Shown here: positions 13,191 to 26,659 of the stretch, piece by piece
Layout of the letters: every line of letters starts with the position of its first letter
Position numbering within the stretch: position 1 is the stretch's first letter
From: Lama guanicoe
Taxonomy: Eukaryota
NCBI GenBank assembly: GCA_013239625.1
Contig: MU054129.1
Location: 510,536 to 556,896, forward strand
Length of the DNA: 46,361 bases
Direction: 5' to 3'
Position numbers and translations under genes: made by a program
The notes under the pieces: model-generated
What the model was told of the DNA's origin: nothing
The model's database searches: none
The model's input: the letters and a program-made list of their open reading frames with translations, nothing else

Positions 13191-13419
13191 ATCTACACAT
13201 AAATTACAAGGGAAAAAAGAGATGTCGGGGTAATGCAGAGACTAAAAGATGGTAAGAGCCTACACAAATGCTCTGTGGAATAGTGTTCATGGCCTGTTTC
13301 ACAATCATACGGCTAGAAAAAAACAAGAAGCCAATAGGAACCATTTTTTTAAATTAAAAATAGGACATCCCTAATCTATTCTTAGCTAGGTGACAATGTT
13401 TAGAAACTGATACCTAACA

Positions 13420-15100
13420 CTTCACACCCATGACGATGGCTACCATCAAGAAAACAGGAAACAACATGTGTTGGTGAGGATGTGGAGAAGCTGAAACCCT
13501 GGTGCACTGCCGGTGAGAATATAAAGTGATGCAGCCATTATGGAAAATGGTATGGTGGTCCCTGAGACAATTAATGATAGAATTACCATTTAATCCAGCA
13601 ATATCATTTCTCAGTATATATCCCGAAGAATTGAAAGTAAGGACTCAAAAAGTATTTGCACACTCATGTTCGTAGCAGCGTTATTCACACGAGTCAAAAA
13701 GTGGGAGCAACCCAAGTGTCCATGGATGAATGAATGGAAAAACTAAATGTGGTGTATATATAAGATGGAGTGTTACTTAGCTTTAAGAAATGAATGAAGT
13801 TCTGTTATGTGCCACAACACGGATAAATCTTGAAGATCTTACGGTTTAAGTGCAATAAGCTAGAAACAAAGAGGACAAATACTGGGGAAGGTATAGCCCA
13901 GTGGTAGAGCGCACGCCTAGCGTACACAAGGTCCTGGGTTCAATCCCCAGGAACTTCTCTAAAAATAGATAAACAATCCTAATTACCTATCACCACCAAA
14001 AAAAAAAAAAGACAAATACAAACACTGTTCGATTCCTCTTATATGAAGTATCTAGAGTAATCAAATGCATAGAGTCTAAAGTAGAATGGTGGTTGCCAGG
14101 GGCAGGGAAGAATGGGACTAATTACCTAATGAGTTTGGGAAGTTCAAAAAGATCTGGAGATGGAAGGTGGTGATGGCTGCAGAACAATGTTAATGTACTT
14201 AATGCCACTGAAATGGTAATAAATTTTATCTTATAACAACTGAATAGAAAAAAATTTTTGAAAAACTGATAGGACAAACTGTTGGCGAGAATGCGGAACA
14301 ACCACAACTCTCATACATCACTGGTGGAACGTGAAATGCCACAATCACTTTGGGAAAATGCCTGCTACTTGCTTACAAAACTGAACTGATGCCTACCCTG
14401 CAATATCCCAGCCCCACTCCTTGGCAGTGACTGCAGGGGAAGGAGACCATTTCCGTACAAGCGTGGTCACAGCAACTGTACTCGTAATAGTCAGAAGCTG
14501 GAACTAGCCCAGGCGTCAGTCACCAGGAGAACGGCGAAGCGGTGGTGTCTTCCTACAGTTAAACAGTGCGCAGCAGTAACAGGCACAAGGACTGACATGT
14601 GCAGTGACAGAGACAAGCCTCAAAACCACTACGCTGAGTGAAAGGAGAATTCTACTAGAGTACCTACTGAATGATTCCACTAATATGAATCAATAAAACA
14701 GGCAAAACTCATCCACAATGGAAAAAAAATCGGAAGTGTGGTTTTCTCTGGGGGATGGAAGTGGGGACTGGCTGTGAAGGGACTTCCTGGGTTGAAGGTG
14801 ATGTTCCCTATTTTGTTGGGGACTAGGGTTACACAGATGCATGCATTTGTTAAAACTCAATAAATGCCACAACTAAAGCTTATGCATTGTGTACGGTTAT
14901 TTTACCTCAAAAAAATGCCACAGAGAAAGCAACTCTAGTTAATGACACATATGTTAGCAATACTTACAGATAAAATGTACCCTGTCTGCAACTTACTTTG
15001 AGACATAAGAAACTAAGATGGAATGATGAAAACTTAGTTTTATACATCAAATAAAAAAGCATGGGACTGATGAATGGATAGACGGCTAGATAGAAACATG
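13420..15100 (+). mobile_element. Old L1 3' fragments (L1MB/MC-like), interrupted by a SINE
   Basis: tgttggtgaggatgtggagaa, caacccaagtgtccat, agtagaatggtggttgccagggg. Confidence 0.85.
13884..14010 (+). mobile_element. vic-1-type camelid tRNA-derived SINE
   Basis: ggggaaggtatagcccagtggtagagcgc...gtcctgggttcaatcccc (A/B boxes), cctaattacct tail, polyA, TSD gacaaatac. Confidence 0.9.
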
Positions 15101-15126
15101 ACAAAGCACACAGAGTAAAATCTTAC

Positions 15127-15212
15127 CTCTAACATTATTAAAAAGGCACCATGAGTATCTTCTTTCTTCTCAAATAGGCAGTGACTTCATAAAGCTGATA
15201 CTTCTGAGTAAT
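15127..15212 (-). pseudogene. VPS8: VPS8 partial duplicate exon (ITQKYQLYEVTAY..EKKEDTHGAFLIMLE), frameshifted
   Basis: tag|ATTACTCAGAAGTAT...ATGTTAGAG|gtaag; 86 bp, i.e. a 4-bp deletion relative to a 90-bp exon. Confidence 0.9.
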
Positions 15213-15479
15213 CTAGGAAAAAGGAAATGACAAAACTTCATAAATCTTGTTCACCGAGTCAGAAGATTCTATTAAGAATGGAAAAAAAAAAAAAACCCTG
15301 GATAATAAAACATGAGTTCAAACCCCAGAAGTATGCTACTTTACAGCATCACATGCAAATATTTGACTTTCTAGTCTTGGAGTGGCCCATTTGGGACTCT
15401 AACTGAACCAAGGTCATTCATTTTTTTCTACTTTTTTATTTTAAAAGTTGTTTGTGAACCTGAATTATGTGTATCCATG

Positions 15480-18170
15480 ACACAAAAGGTAACATGAATA
15501 TATAAACAATAATAATATACACCAGAAATTGACAAGAGTAAAATACACCAGAACAAGAGTAACTACACACAAAATATTTAGAACAAAATGACAATGAAAC
15601 CACTACACATTAGCTTGTGGGATCTCAATAAAAATTCATAAGCTACGTTTCTAGGGAGTAAATGAGAAATAGCAATTAAGCTACGATAAAACAAAGAAAA
15701 TACGTACAGAAAAGAATGTCACAGAATCAACGCAGAAACAACAGAGGTTTTTAAAAATCCCCAATTAGTCTTTGGAAAGACTAATAAAGTAGAATAATAC
15801 TTTCTTACTAAGGAAAAAGAGAAGCACAAATAACACATTAACAGGTTAACAGATCACACAAGGAAAATATGTGATCATCTCAATAAATAGAGAAAAGAGT
15901 CACTTGATAAAATGCAGCACAGCACCCGATCTTGACAAAAATAAAAACAATATAAAACACTCTAACCCAAGCTGTGAATGGAACTTTTGTAATTTAATAA
16001 AAAAAAAAAGCTATCAAAATCCTACAATAAAAACCATATTTAATATAAAATGTTAGACACATTCACTTTTAAATCAGGAACGAGAATGCACACTGTCATT
16101 GCCTCTTTTCAGTAAAACCTCAGAGCTCCTAGACCTCTGACAGGAGGCTGAAAAAAGCGTCAGATTGGAAAGGAAAAATACTACCATGGTTCTCACAAAA
16201 TATTGTGGTCATAATAAAAATCTAGACACTATTTGAATGAAAAAATACTTCAGCCTCGTTGCTAGATACAAAACAACATGCTAAATAAACTTAGTAACAT
16301 GCACCAACAATAGTCAGTAAAAAAATGTCATTTCAAAAAATTTCCTTTAGAATGTTAACAAGTGTAAGTATCTGGGAACAAATTTAAGAAAATATGCAAG
16401 TGACAAGTAGGATATTATATAAAGTGATAAAACCTCACCAAAGAGCACAAAGGGCATTTTTAAAAGGCAACCATGGTCCTGGATATGAAAACAATACCAT
16501 AAAATGTCAATTCTCCTGGAATGAATTTATAAATTCAATGCATTTCTTCATCAAAATCCTAGAAAATGTATTATTTATAAAGGTATGTGACAATGTGATT
16601 CCTAAACTGATATGAAATATTAAGAGTCGAAGAACAGCCAAAGGGTTTTAAAGAAAAAGAATGACGAGGGAAGAATTTTCTTTCAACTAATAAATCTTAT
16701 TCTAAAGCAATGTTTTCATTAAAATCTGTGGTATTAGTATAAGGAAAGAAAAATGACCAAAAAAGAGAGAACAGAATCCACAGAAACAGCTATGTATATT
16801 TGGGAGTTTGGTATATGGCATTAAAAATAAGGGAAGGAAAGGACAATAAAATGACACGTGGACCATCAGTCATCCACATGGAAAAAATATATAAATCCCT
16901 CTCTTGGTCTGTTTACAAAAATAAACTCCAGATAAAATGTAAAAAGCCAAACTATAAAACTCATGTAAGAGGATATCATTTATGCCATTAAAATAGGAAT
17001 GGAAATAAAAGTCACACACACAAAAACTTAACTTTAAAGGAGAATACTGATAATTAAAATGGAAATCACTGAAAATGCATTTTAAAAATCCGCTTTAACA
17101 GCATGGAAGGAGTCACCTCCAACATAAAAGAGCACTTAGCATTAGAAACCCAGAAATAACAAGAACTTCGAGAAATCAACACAAAGGGCAAATCCTCACT
17201 AGGAAAATGGGCCAATGATGTGAACAGATAGTTCAGGGACAAGAAAACCCAAAGTGTCATTGAACACATGGAAAGAGATGCAGTGTCACGAGTGATCAAC
17301 AAGAACCATCAGAACTGGCAGAAATAAAGAGTCTAAAACAACAAGGCTACATGTCATGCTCCATCAAATAAAGAAAGACTTAAGATGTCTGAATATTAGG
17401 AACATGCAAGGATGTGGAAAAACAGCAAAAAACAGCAAACTAAAAACACGATGAGGAGAATGGAAACAACTAAGAAATCAACTTGGCAAAAACCAGTGGA
17501 ATTAAGCTACTCTGTTGTCTAAAGAATCCCACTTCCGGGGATATTAAGGCACATTACTTAGAGAAACCTCATCTGAGTACCTAGGAGATAAGCACAAAGG
17601 TGTCCCATGGAGCAGTTTGTAACGGCCAAGGACTGCAGACAATCTGAACGTCCACAAATAGGGAAATACATGAACTGCGGCGGGTCAGTCAGTAGACTGC
17701 TTTTATTTATTTATTTACTTTTTTTTAATTGAAGTATAGTCAGTGTACAACGTTGTGGTCAGTCAATAGACTACTGTATAAAGATTAAAATGAATCAACT
17801 AGATCTATACATATAAAAACAGATAAAAATTAATAAAAAACAATTTGCATTTGGATACATACAGTGCATCATTAATACAAATTTTTAAAATACATAAAAC
17901 TGTATCTTGTGTTCCTTAGGTAAATGCACATATAGGAAAAATAAAAAACATGGATGGGAAGGAGAAACTGCCCATCTTCACGTGGGTGATAAGCTCAGGG
18001 GGACGTAACAGATAATGGGTGCTTTATTTCTAAGACAAACAACAAAACAACAAAGATAGAAGCCAGAACAGCAGAGTGTTCACGTCTATAAAATTGGGTT
18101 GTTGGGTATACATGTATCTGATGTGCTGTACATTTCTATACATTTGAAATATTTCATAATTAAAATTTTC
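15480..18170 (+). mobile_element. Highly degraded old L1 (ORF2 to 3'UTR)
   Basis: A-rich strand with residual ORF2 motifs (aatcaggaacgaga, aaattcaatgca, gaaaatgggccaa). Confidence 0.7.
17699..17756 (-). mobile_element. Ultra-short L1 3' tail insertion
   Basis: T-rich tail plus ttaattgaagtatagtcagtgtacaacgttgt; TSD ggtcagtcagtagact / ggtcagtcaatagact. Confidence 0.85.
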
Positions 18171-18811
18171 TAAGTGTGTGGGCAGTTCAGGAGGTGGATG
18201 TGGAAAACGCAGGTTACCGTTTCAGGAGTACTGACAACAGAGGAGACCAGACCTGATGGAGGCTTAAAAACAAATTTCAAACAGGGAATGTGCTGCCTCT
18301 TCTCGTAGGCTAGAATTCACGTGTATATGCGGTATGCGCGCGTGTGTGCACACACATTCATTTTCATTTGGAAACAGGAGAACACAAGGAAAAGAGGATC
18401 CAGGCAACGCCTGTGCTAAGGCTCCTGGCTGCCACTCAGCCTGTAGGTCCCGGCACAGCAGGACCATGTGACATCAGTGCCTGCAAGTTAGAGCGTGTTT
18501 TGTTCTCTTAGTATTTTTATGGTATTCCTTTTTCTACATTTATCATGTTGGCTAGAATGGCTGTGAACCTTGACTAGTAACAATGATGGACATGTGCTGT
18601 TTCTGATTTTACTGAAATAAACACAGAAAAACTTATCACAGCAATGGAGCCCATGCACCATGGAGTCAGACTGGGTTTAATCTCAGGTGCTAGCATTTAC
18701 CAGGTATAAACCTCAGCAGATAATTTAATATGAGCCTTCCTTTGCTCATTTATACAATGGTGAATGATAAAGGGAAGTTGACTCTTGCCCCCTCTACACC
18801 ACTGGTCTCAC

Positions 18812-18959
18812 CTGAATGCTTTCTTCCAGGCGGCAGCACTCCAGGCCTGGCAGCTTCTCTAAAACCCGGCTGGGGCCGAACGGACACAACAGCTCAGTGA
18901 ACGGCTCTGCGACACACGGAGATGTTTGCAGCAATTCCTGATTTACAAGGACATCGTCT
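18812..18959 (-). pseudogene. VPS8: VPS8 partial duplicate exon (DDVLVNQELLQTSPCVAEPFTELLCPFGPSRVLEKLPGLECCRLEESIQ)
   Basis: Matches VPS8 EGIHVNQELLQISPCITEQFIELLCQFNPTQVIETLQVLECYRLEETIQ; 148 bp, cag/gtgag intact, many substitutions. Confidence 0.9.
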
Positions 18960-20463
18960 CTGAAACAAAAAGCATTATGTAATCACATCTATAATTAAGG
19001 CTACAGGTAAAAAGTATGTTACCAAGATTGCTTTTTGGCCAGGTAAAACTGCAAATTACATCAGAGACCTTCTAAAGTACGGTATTTCTCACTTTAAGTG
19101 GAAAAACAATCTTCAGTAACAATATTCAGTGGCGGCGCCTCTAAGTCTTCCTCACACTACAGGGCTAATTTTCTCTAAATTGAATCTAATGGTATAGTTC
19201 CCTTGCGTAAAACACTAAGTAATTCTCCAGCACACAGAAGATTCAGTGTGTTATTTCTTAGCTTTACATATTAAATTGTTCACTGTAAACCCCCAAACCC
19301 TATTTTCAAGTCTCTATACTTGTAACTCCTCCCCCCGACATATTTATAGCTTCATCTTCTGCTATCGCCCCCACGTCATCCTCTGAAAATGCATGTCGCT
19401 TTGTGCCTTTAAGTCTCTGCACACCCAGGACCCTTTATCTAGAACTCCTGCCCAATTCTCTGCCTAGACAACTGATACCAATTATTTAAGCCCAGTTCGT
19501 GCATTATCTAGGAACTCTTGTCTGACTCTCTCACAGTCTATCAATCTCTGCTCTTGTTCCTGCACCACTTTTTTACTATGTCCCGTGTAGAGCTTTTAAC
19601 GCTGTACTGTGCTTATACAAGTGCTTCTCTGCTCCATATGAAAAAATTAAAGAAAACATTGTACACTCATCTGTGCCCCCGACAGCCCATCATACTGTGG
19701 TGGGGGGGCACAGTAGTGGGAAAATGAAGCATGTCAATGAATGAACTCCGTATCTCTGTCTCTTACGCCAGCTGCCACCCACTCACTGCTGTGGATTTCA
19801 TCTTGTGCACGTGTCTCCTACTACCATTACTGCCACGTGGGGACCCTGGGTTGTGCTACGTGTCCCTGTCACTGTCCTATTCCCTATCTCTACCACTCGT
19901 GGCCATAATGGTAGCGAACAAAGCACTCTCCCAGCAGTGCCGTGGTAGTGGTGAATGGAATACTAGCTCCATGATACACACAGTACTTCCAACTGAGCAT
20001 CTCAGTATTCAACATTAATACAGCTATATTCCAATTAAGATTTTTTCCAAGAAAAATTCTAGTCATCATTAGAACAATGCGAGGATGACAGAAGTCTGAA
20101 TAAATTACATGAAACCCAAAGAAAATACCGTTGCAGCCATTACAGCAGAAGATAGGGTGGGGGTGGGGCGGGGGGGCCTCTGTGGTTACAATGTCTAGGT
20201 TGAGTGCAGGTCACAGCTCCAGAAATGTTTCTGTCATGTTAGTATTTCTTAAGCATAAAGATAAGCATCCTCATTTCCAGCCTCAAGAGACCCACTACTG
20301 CTCCCAAATTCCCCCTCCCCGCACCACACACACAATGTGCAGAAATTGCTATTAAAAGCAACTAACAATTGAAGAAATGATTACAATCAAAAGTTCTTAA
20401 GTACATTTTCAGTAACTGTCTCTCCACTACATATTTCTTCCCAATATATTCTGCAAAATTTAC

Positions 20464-20553
20464 CTGAAGTTTTTTAAGGACTGTTTCAATCTGTTTAGAA
20501 AAGTGAGTAGCAACCAGCTCTGCAGCTTTACCAGGCTTCAGGGACACAAGTTC
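20464..20553 (-). pseudogene. VPS8: VPS8 partial duplicate exon (ELVSLKPGKAAELVATHFSKQIETVLKKLQ)
   Basis: Matches VPS8 ELVSLKPCKAAELVATHFSGHIETVIKKLQ; 90 bp; donor CAG|gtaaa intact, acceptor reads cgg instead of cag. Confidence 0.9.
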
Positions 20554-21369
20554 CCGGAAAGAAAGGCAAAGATAACATTAAACTTAAATAGAATTTCCAC
20601 AGATGTGAAGCATGATCACCTCCTTCAAAATTTTCATGAGCTTCTGCACTGCCTTTCAGGAGACCTCAACACAGGGTCTCAATTTTAATTAAACGCATAT
20701 TGCAAATAAGCAAAATTTTAAAAGTACCATGTGAAAAACCCAATTTTGATATAAAACGTAATTCAGAATTCTTAGAAAATGAAAGCAGTAAACATTCAGG
20801 ACGTAGGTGACGACACCTACAGGATGAAAAGGAAAAAACACTCCTCAAATTCCCCTCAGTGCATTTCACCCTTGATCTTAGACATAACTTTAAAGAAATG
20901 AAAAAAAGGAATATAGCTGTGATTTCTCTGGCTAAGAATGCTGAAATTTTACTTCTGATGCCTGGTGGATTTTGAAATCAGAAGTGTCTTAAGAAAGGAA
21001 CTTAAGGTCGTAACTCTAAGAGGTTGACCACTCTTCATAAGGCCTATTTCTGTCCAATCTAAGACCTCCAATCTGCCCTCTCCTTGAACTTTCCTCAGTA
21101 CCACTGGCTCTTCTTTTCTTCTTGAAACTCTCTTCATGCTTGGTTTCTGTGACACTGTTACACCTTTACAATTGCATGTTCTATTGCTAAAATGCAAAGA
21201 TTGGCTACAGATCAACGTATTATATTGCCAAATAAAAATAAGTTATGACTGCAAAATTTATGATATATCAATTTCATGATAGTATTTGTAGATGAATAAT
21301 AATTAGCTGATAGAAATAACTGTAGTTTATACCACTTTATACATCTCAAAACAGAGAAGGTAGTATCAC

Positions 21370-22990
21370 AAATGAAAAAGAAAATGTTACTGCTGATCTT
21401 CAGAAGTTAAGAAGAAACTATTATGAATTAATGTTGAGAATCTGAATGGGTAAATTCCTGGAAAAATATAATTTACTAAGCTGATGTAAGAAACGGAAAA
21501 GCTGTGTTGATTTTTAACCACTAAAGAAATTGAAAAAATAGTCAAAAATCTTCCCATATGGAACACTCTAGGCCCAAACAGCTTCACTCTAAGTCCTAGC
21601 AGTCATCTAAGGAAGAAGCATTTCCGACATTAAATCTCATAAAGAACAGAAAAAAGGGGAACTTCTTTAGCTCACTGTATAAGGCTAACAAAACTTTGAT
21701 ACCTAAACCCAACAGAAGATAACAAAGAAAAGGAAAATCACAGATCAATCTTAATCGTGAACACCGATACAGACAAACATCCTAAATAAAAACAAAACAC
21801 AAAATGTATAAAAAGGATAATATACTAGGATCAAGTTACAGTTATCCAGAGTTCAAGGGTGGTTTAACATCAATAAAATTTATAACGAAAATATAAGGGA
21901 GAAAAGGTAATAAAATTTATTCTTGAGAAAAACTGTTAGCATACAAGAAATAAAAGACTTCCATAAAAAATTTTATAGTAAATACTGCACACGTTAGAAA
22001 TAAAAAACTTTTTAACGTTAATAGCACTGTTGTGCTAAATAAAAAATATACCGTTGTGACAGTAAACCTAACAATCTAGAGATGAAAAATCTCTACAGAG
22101 AAAATTTTAAAACTTTATAGAAAGATAACTGAATAAAGGGTTATGCCAAATGGTCACTAAATAGAAGACTCACGATGTAAAGATGTCAATTTAAACTGAC
22201 ACTGAATGACAGATTCAATGCAACCCCTATTAGAATCAGAAGGTTAAAAACGTTTTTGGGATTTGACAAGTCTAAAGTGTATTTGGAAGTATCAAAGGTC
22301 AGGAACAGTCAATACTCTCTTAAAGATATCAAGACTTATAATAAAGCAACAATATTTAGGACAGTGTGGTACTGATGTAGAGACGAAGATCAATCAAACA
22401 GAAGAGGGCCCAGAAAAACAGCCCAAGCATGTAGACCCTTGCTACACTCATGTTAAGGCCGCACTGCTGAGCATGGGGAAAGGCAACCTTTCAAAATAAC
22501 TGCTGCTGGGAGAGCTAGGCATCCATATTTTTTAAAATTAGATGGCTCTCCACCTCAAACCATATACAGAAACTGCTTTCAGATGGATGTAAGATTTAAA
22601 GATGGGAAAAAAAAAACTTCTAGATAATAATATAGGAGAACTTCTCCTTTGATATGGAAAGAAAAAATTAATTTGACTACTTGAGAAAAAAGTTTTTATT
22701 AAAAAGAACCAAAGAAAAAAGCCAGAGAGGATATTTACAACAGGTATCACTGACAAAAAGACTTAACATCCAGCTACATAAAGAACTCCTTCAGATCAAT
22801 TAAGACAAAAGACATTCCACCAGAAAAATGGGCAGAAGACTCGAACAAGCACAATACAGAAAGGAAATTTAAATGGCCAACAAATATAACAAAGCCACCA
22901 ATCTCATTAATAATCAAGAATATGCAACATTTAAAACATAATGAAATATTACACATACACTAGATTGACAAGATTTTAAAATCTAGCAAG
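21370..22990 (+). mobile_element. Degraded old L1 ORF2 region
   Basis: aaattcctggaaaaatataattta, ctaggcccaaacagcttcact, gattcaatgcaacccctat. Confidence 0.8.
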
Positions 22991-23456
22991 AATACAGAGC
23001 TAATGGCAAGGGGAGGAGGGTTGCCCTGCGGAAGCCTTTGGATTTGCCCCAGGCTTCCCTGTCTCCCCAACACCTGGCTTGTGGGCACCCTCTGCTGCCC
23101 CCAGTGGCAGGACACACATTTCCCAGTTTACTTACTGGAGGTTGGTGAGATGGGGTCAGCTGGTACGGTCAGGTGGCCCCCGCCCCCCGCCCACCTGGGG
23201 CAGCAGAGGCCACCCCCAAGCCAGGCCGCAAGGGAGACTGGAGCAAATGGGCCAGCTTCTCCAAGGCAGGCCCCATCCCCAGCTGCCCCTGCTCCCTGAC
23301 TACACCACGCCTGCCTCCTGGGAGCTGGCTGACCACCAGATGAGCATCCTGTGAATCTAAGGAAGCAGAGCCATACCCCAGGACAGGATGCAAAACAGGA
23401 TCCAAGAGGCAGACCTTTTTCCCCGAGCCGCCTGCGCCGAGGATACCGCCCCTCAC

Positions 23457-24400
23457 CCCCCATACCCTGACAGCACCGCGTCACCTCCCAAGAGCAGGCT
23501 AACCGCCAGACGTGCACCCCAAGAACACGGGGAAGCAGAACCCGGCCCAGGCCTCCGGAGAATAGAAAACAAATCCACGTACTCGCACTTGGCAGCCCCC
23601 ATCCCACCGCGGCCGACGCCTGGGGCCAGTGAACACACCACCGGCCTCCCGAGAGCAGGCCATGACATGAGGGCCGGTCGGCGGTGTTCCGGGGCGTCCT
23701 GCGCCCTCCCATCTCCCGGGGGTGTCCTGCTTCCCCAAACCCAGGTACAAGTGGCAGCAGAGAAATGAAGAAGTGGGGTTCAGGGACTACGGACGTGGGG
23801 GGTGGAGCACCACGAACCTGCCTTAGGGTCCTAACGAGCCTCGCGGCCCGGGCCTCACCCACGCACCCCTACCTGTGCGCCTCCCCAGCTGCGCAGCCCA
23901 GGCCTCACCCGCCAGCTCCCGACCGGCGTGCCCCCACCAGCGTCCCCTTACCTGCCTGGCACCAGCGGCAGGAGGGGAGGCGATGGCAAGCGACGGCCCA
24001 GTTCCCAGGCCGTCTTCTTCCTCCAAAGCTGGTGCAGGAGCACCCGGCCCCCACCCAGCTTCCATACGCTCTGGGCGCGCTCCCGTGTCCGCGCATGCAC
24101 AGCCCCCGCCCCCACCCCCAGCAGCGCAGACCCTTGGGCTGGGGCTCCTGCTGTTTGGGACATGGCGAGTCAGGCCTAGAGGGGCTTAGCGGGGCCTGGC
24201 GGTGGGGCGGTGGGGCAGGCCCACCCCGCCAAGTCTTCATACCCAACGCCCTGTCTCTCTGCCACAGACCAGGTCCTGGCACTCAACCAGAACCACCACT
24301 GGCCCAGACCAGGCCACAGCCCCCAGCTCCACTCCACCTGCTCGCCTCCACCTCCCCGTTACTGCTCCCCTACCCCTGGCCAGGCCCAGTGACAGACCGG
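23457..24400 (-). promoter_or_regulatory. CpG-island promoter/first-exon module, copy A (diverged)
   Basis: Collinear with 44338-45120 and 45445-46361; minus-strand donor CAG|gtaagg at 23950-23951; NRF1-like cgcgcatgcac near 24090; GC boxes near 24200. Confidence 0.7.
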
Positions 24401-25229
24401 ACCCCCAGGCCAAGGCTCCTTCTCACACCCAGGTCCCCCGCCCGCACACTGCACCCCGCTAGGTACTAACCTATGGCCCTGACACCACAAGCTCACCCCT
24501 CATGCCTCACTGCAGGACACCCAACATCTTGAGGTGGCCCCCCTCAGCTAGATCAATTCCACTTGGACCGGCCCCTTACCCCTCAGCCTGTCCCCCCTCA
24601 CTTCAGGGTCCCCTCTCACTCAGGTGCACCCCTACCCAGAGCTGACCCCCTCACCCCTCTCCCTGCAGGTGGGGCAGGGAAGTCTGGGCTCTGGTCACCA
24701 TAGGACTGCCCCCAGTAGGGGATCCAGCACAGCTAGTATCCAGGCTACAGGGCTCCGCGGGCCGGGCTGGAGGCGGTTCCCATTCCCGCCCGGGCACCCT
24801 GATCCCAGACCTGAGAACTAGCCAGAGATCTAGCAAGATCTTGGAAGTCAAAGAGCAGAGAAGGGCTCAGAGAGAACTTCCTGGAGGCTCGGATGACCCA
24901 GTGCATATGAAGAGTGCAGGAAGAGCCGGGTACACAGACAGGAAAACTGCCAGAACACTGACTTCCACGCCCTCCCTGCCCCACCCATGCAGAGATCCAG
25001 CCACAGAATGGAAAATTCCGCATCCACAGAATGGAAAATTCCGCAGGCTTGGGCGCTATGCCAAGCAGATATAGAGCAAATATTAGAACTCAGGCTAAAA
25101 AACAAAAATGAAAATAGAAAAGCGAAGCTCTGACCTCAGTAGCTATGTGACTTCACAAGAGAGATTTCAAAGAGTAATTCCAGGTATGTTACAAAATAAA
25201 CATATAAAACAGTCCAAGAATTGTAGGAC

Positions 25230-26655
25230 ATTTACACATCTTAAAAACAAAAGGTCAGAATCCAGATGACACATCACAATCTATAACGTCCAGTTTTTTA
25301 ATAAAAAATTATGAGCTATGCAAAAACCCTGGGAAGTGTGAGCCGTCCTCAGGAAGAAAATCAGTTAACAGAAACTAACTGATGGGCCACATGCTGGATT
25401 CAGCAGACACCACCTTCAAAGCAGCTGTAATAAATATGCTCAAAGAGTTCAAAAAGCCAGAGAAAACATGGTAACAAAGGAAAATATGATGACAATGATT
25501 TAATGAAAAAAGCACTAAAAGGAAGTTTTGGGGGTGCAAAGTACAATGACCGAAATGAAAAATTCACTAGCTGGACAAAACAGCAGCTCTGAAGTGGCAG
25601 AATAAAAGAATCACTATACAATTTTAAGGCTGTGCAATTTCTATTACTCTCTATCTGGAGAACAGAAGAAAAAAGACTGAATAGAAATGAGGTCAATTTG
25701 GCACAACATTGTAAAATGAATATAACTCAATAAAAAAAAAAGTTTTTAAAAGAACACTAAAAAATTAAAACTAAAACAAAACAAACTAAAGTCTTAAATA
25801 CCTGCGAGACCACATTAAGTATACAAACGTGCATAATGGGAATTCTGCACCACCCCCACAGGAAAAAGAGGGAAGAGAAAAAAGGGGCAGAAAAAGTATC
25901 TGAACAGATACAGCCGCAAACACCAAATTGGATGAAAAATATTAATCTACAGCTCCAAAAACTAACAACTCCCAAGCAGGATAAACACAGATCCACATCT
26001 CAGACACATTAGACTGAAGCTGTTGAAAACCAAAGAGAAGGAGAAAATCATGAAAGCCACAAGACGAAAAAAGACACAAAACACGATTATGACTTCTTCT
26101 GAGAAGCAATGAATGCAAGAAACTTTTAAAGTGGTAAGAGGAAAAGAATTCTAGCAACTAAGAATTCTATATCCAGCAAAACTCTCTTTCAAAAACGAAG
26201 GCAAAATAAAAACATCCCCAAACATATGTGTAAGAGATTGTAAATCCAACCAAATCTATATAGTTACATTAAATGTGAACAGTCTAAGCATCTCAACCAA
26301 AAGACAGACTATTAGCTTGGATTAAGAAAAAGCAAGACCTAACTAAAAGGTGCATAACAAGATAAACTTTAGACTCAAATGTTAATAGAGACAAAGAGGG
26401 GCATTTCACAGTGAAAAATGGGTCAAACAAAAATGGGAATATGTAACAACAAGATATGCACACCTAATAACAAAGACATAAATCACACAAACGAAACACT
26501 GATAGAAACATAAAAAGGAGACAAATTCACAATTACACCTGGGATCTCAAAGCTCAACTTTCAATAGCTGACAGAACAAGTAAAAATCAGTAAAGGTACA
26601 GACGATTTCAACAAGACCACCTACACCTTGACCTCACAGACGTTTACAGAACACC
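25230..26655 (+). mobile_element. Degraded L1 5'/ORF1-endonuclease region
   Basis: aagaattctatatccagcaaaact, cattaaatgtgaac, tatgcacacctaataac. Confidence 0.75.
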
Positions 26656-26659
26656 CTCC

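Noticed and set aside
13884..13955. tRNA gene
   Set aside because: The tRNA-like head is followed by a SINE tail, polyA and TSD, so it is a SINE
23128..24469. 244 aa and 261 aa ORFs
   Set aside because: Same GC-rich module; no recognisable domain
25001..25045. 23-bp tandem duplication ccacagaatggaaaattccgca
   Set aside because: Only two copies; ordinary slippage with no sign of function
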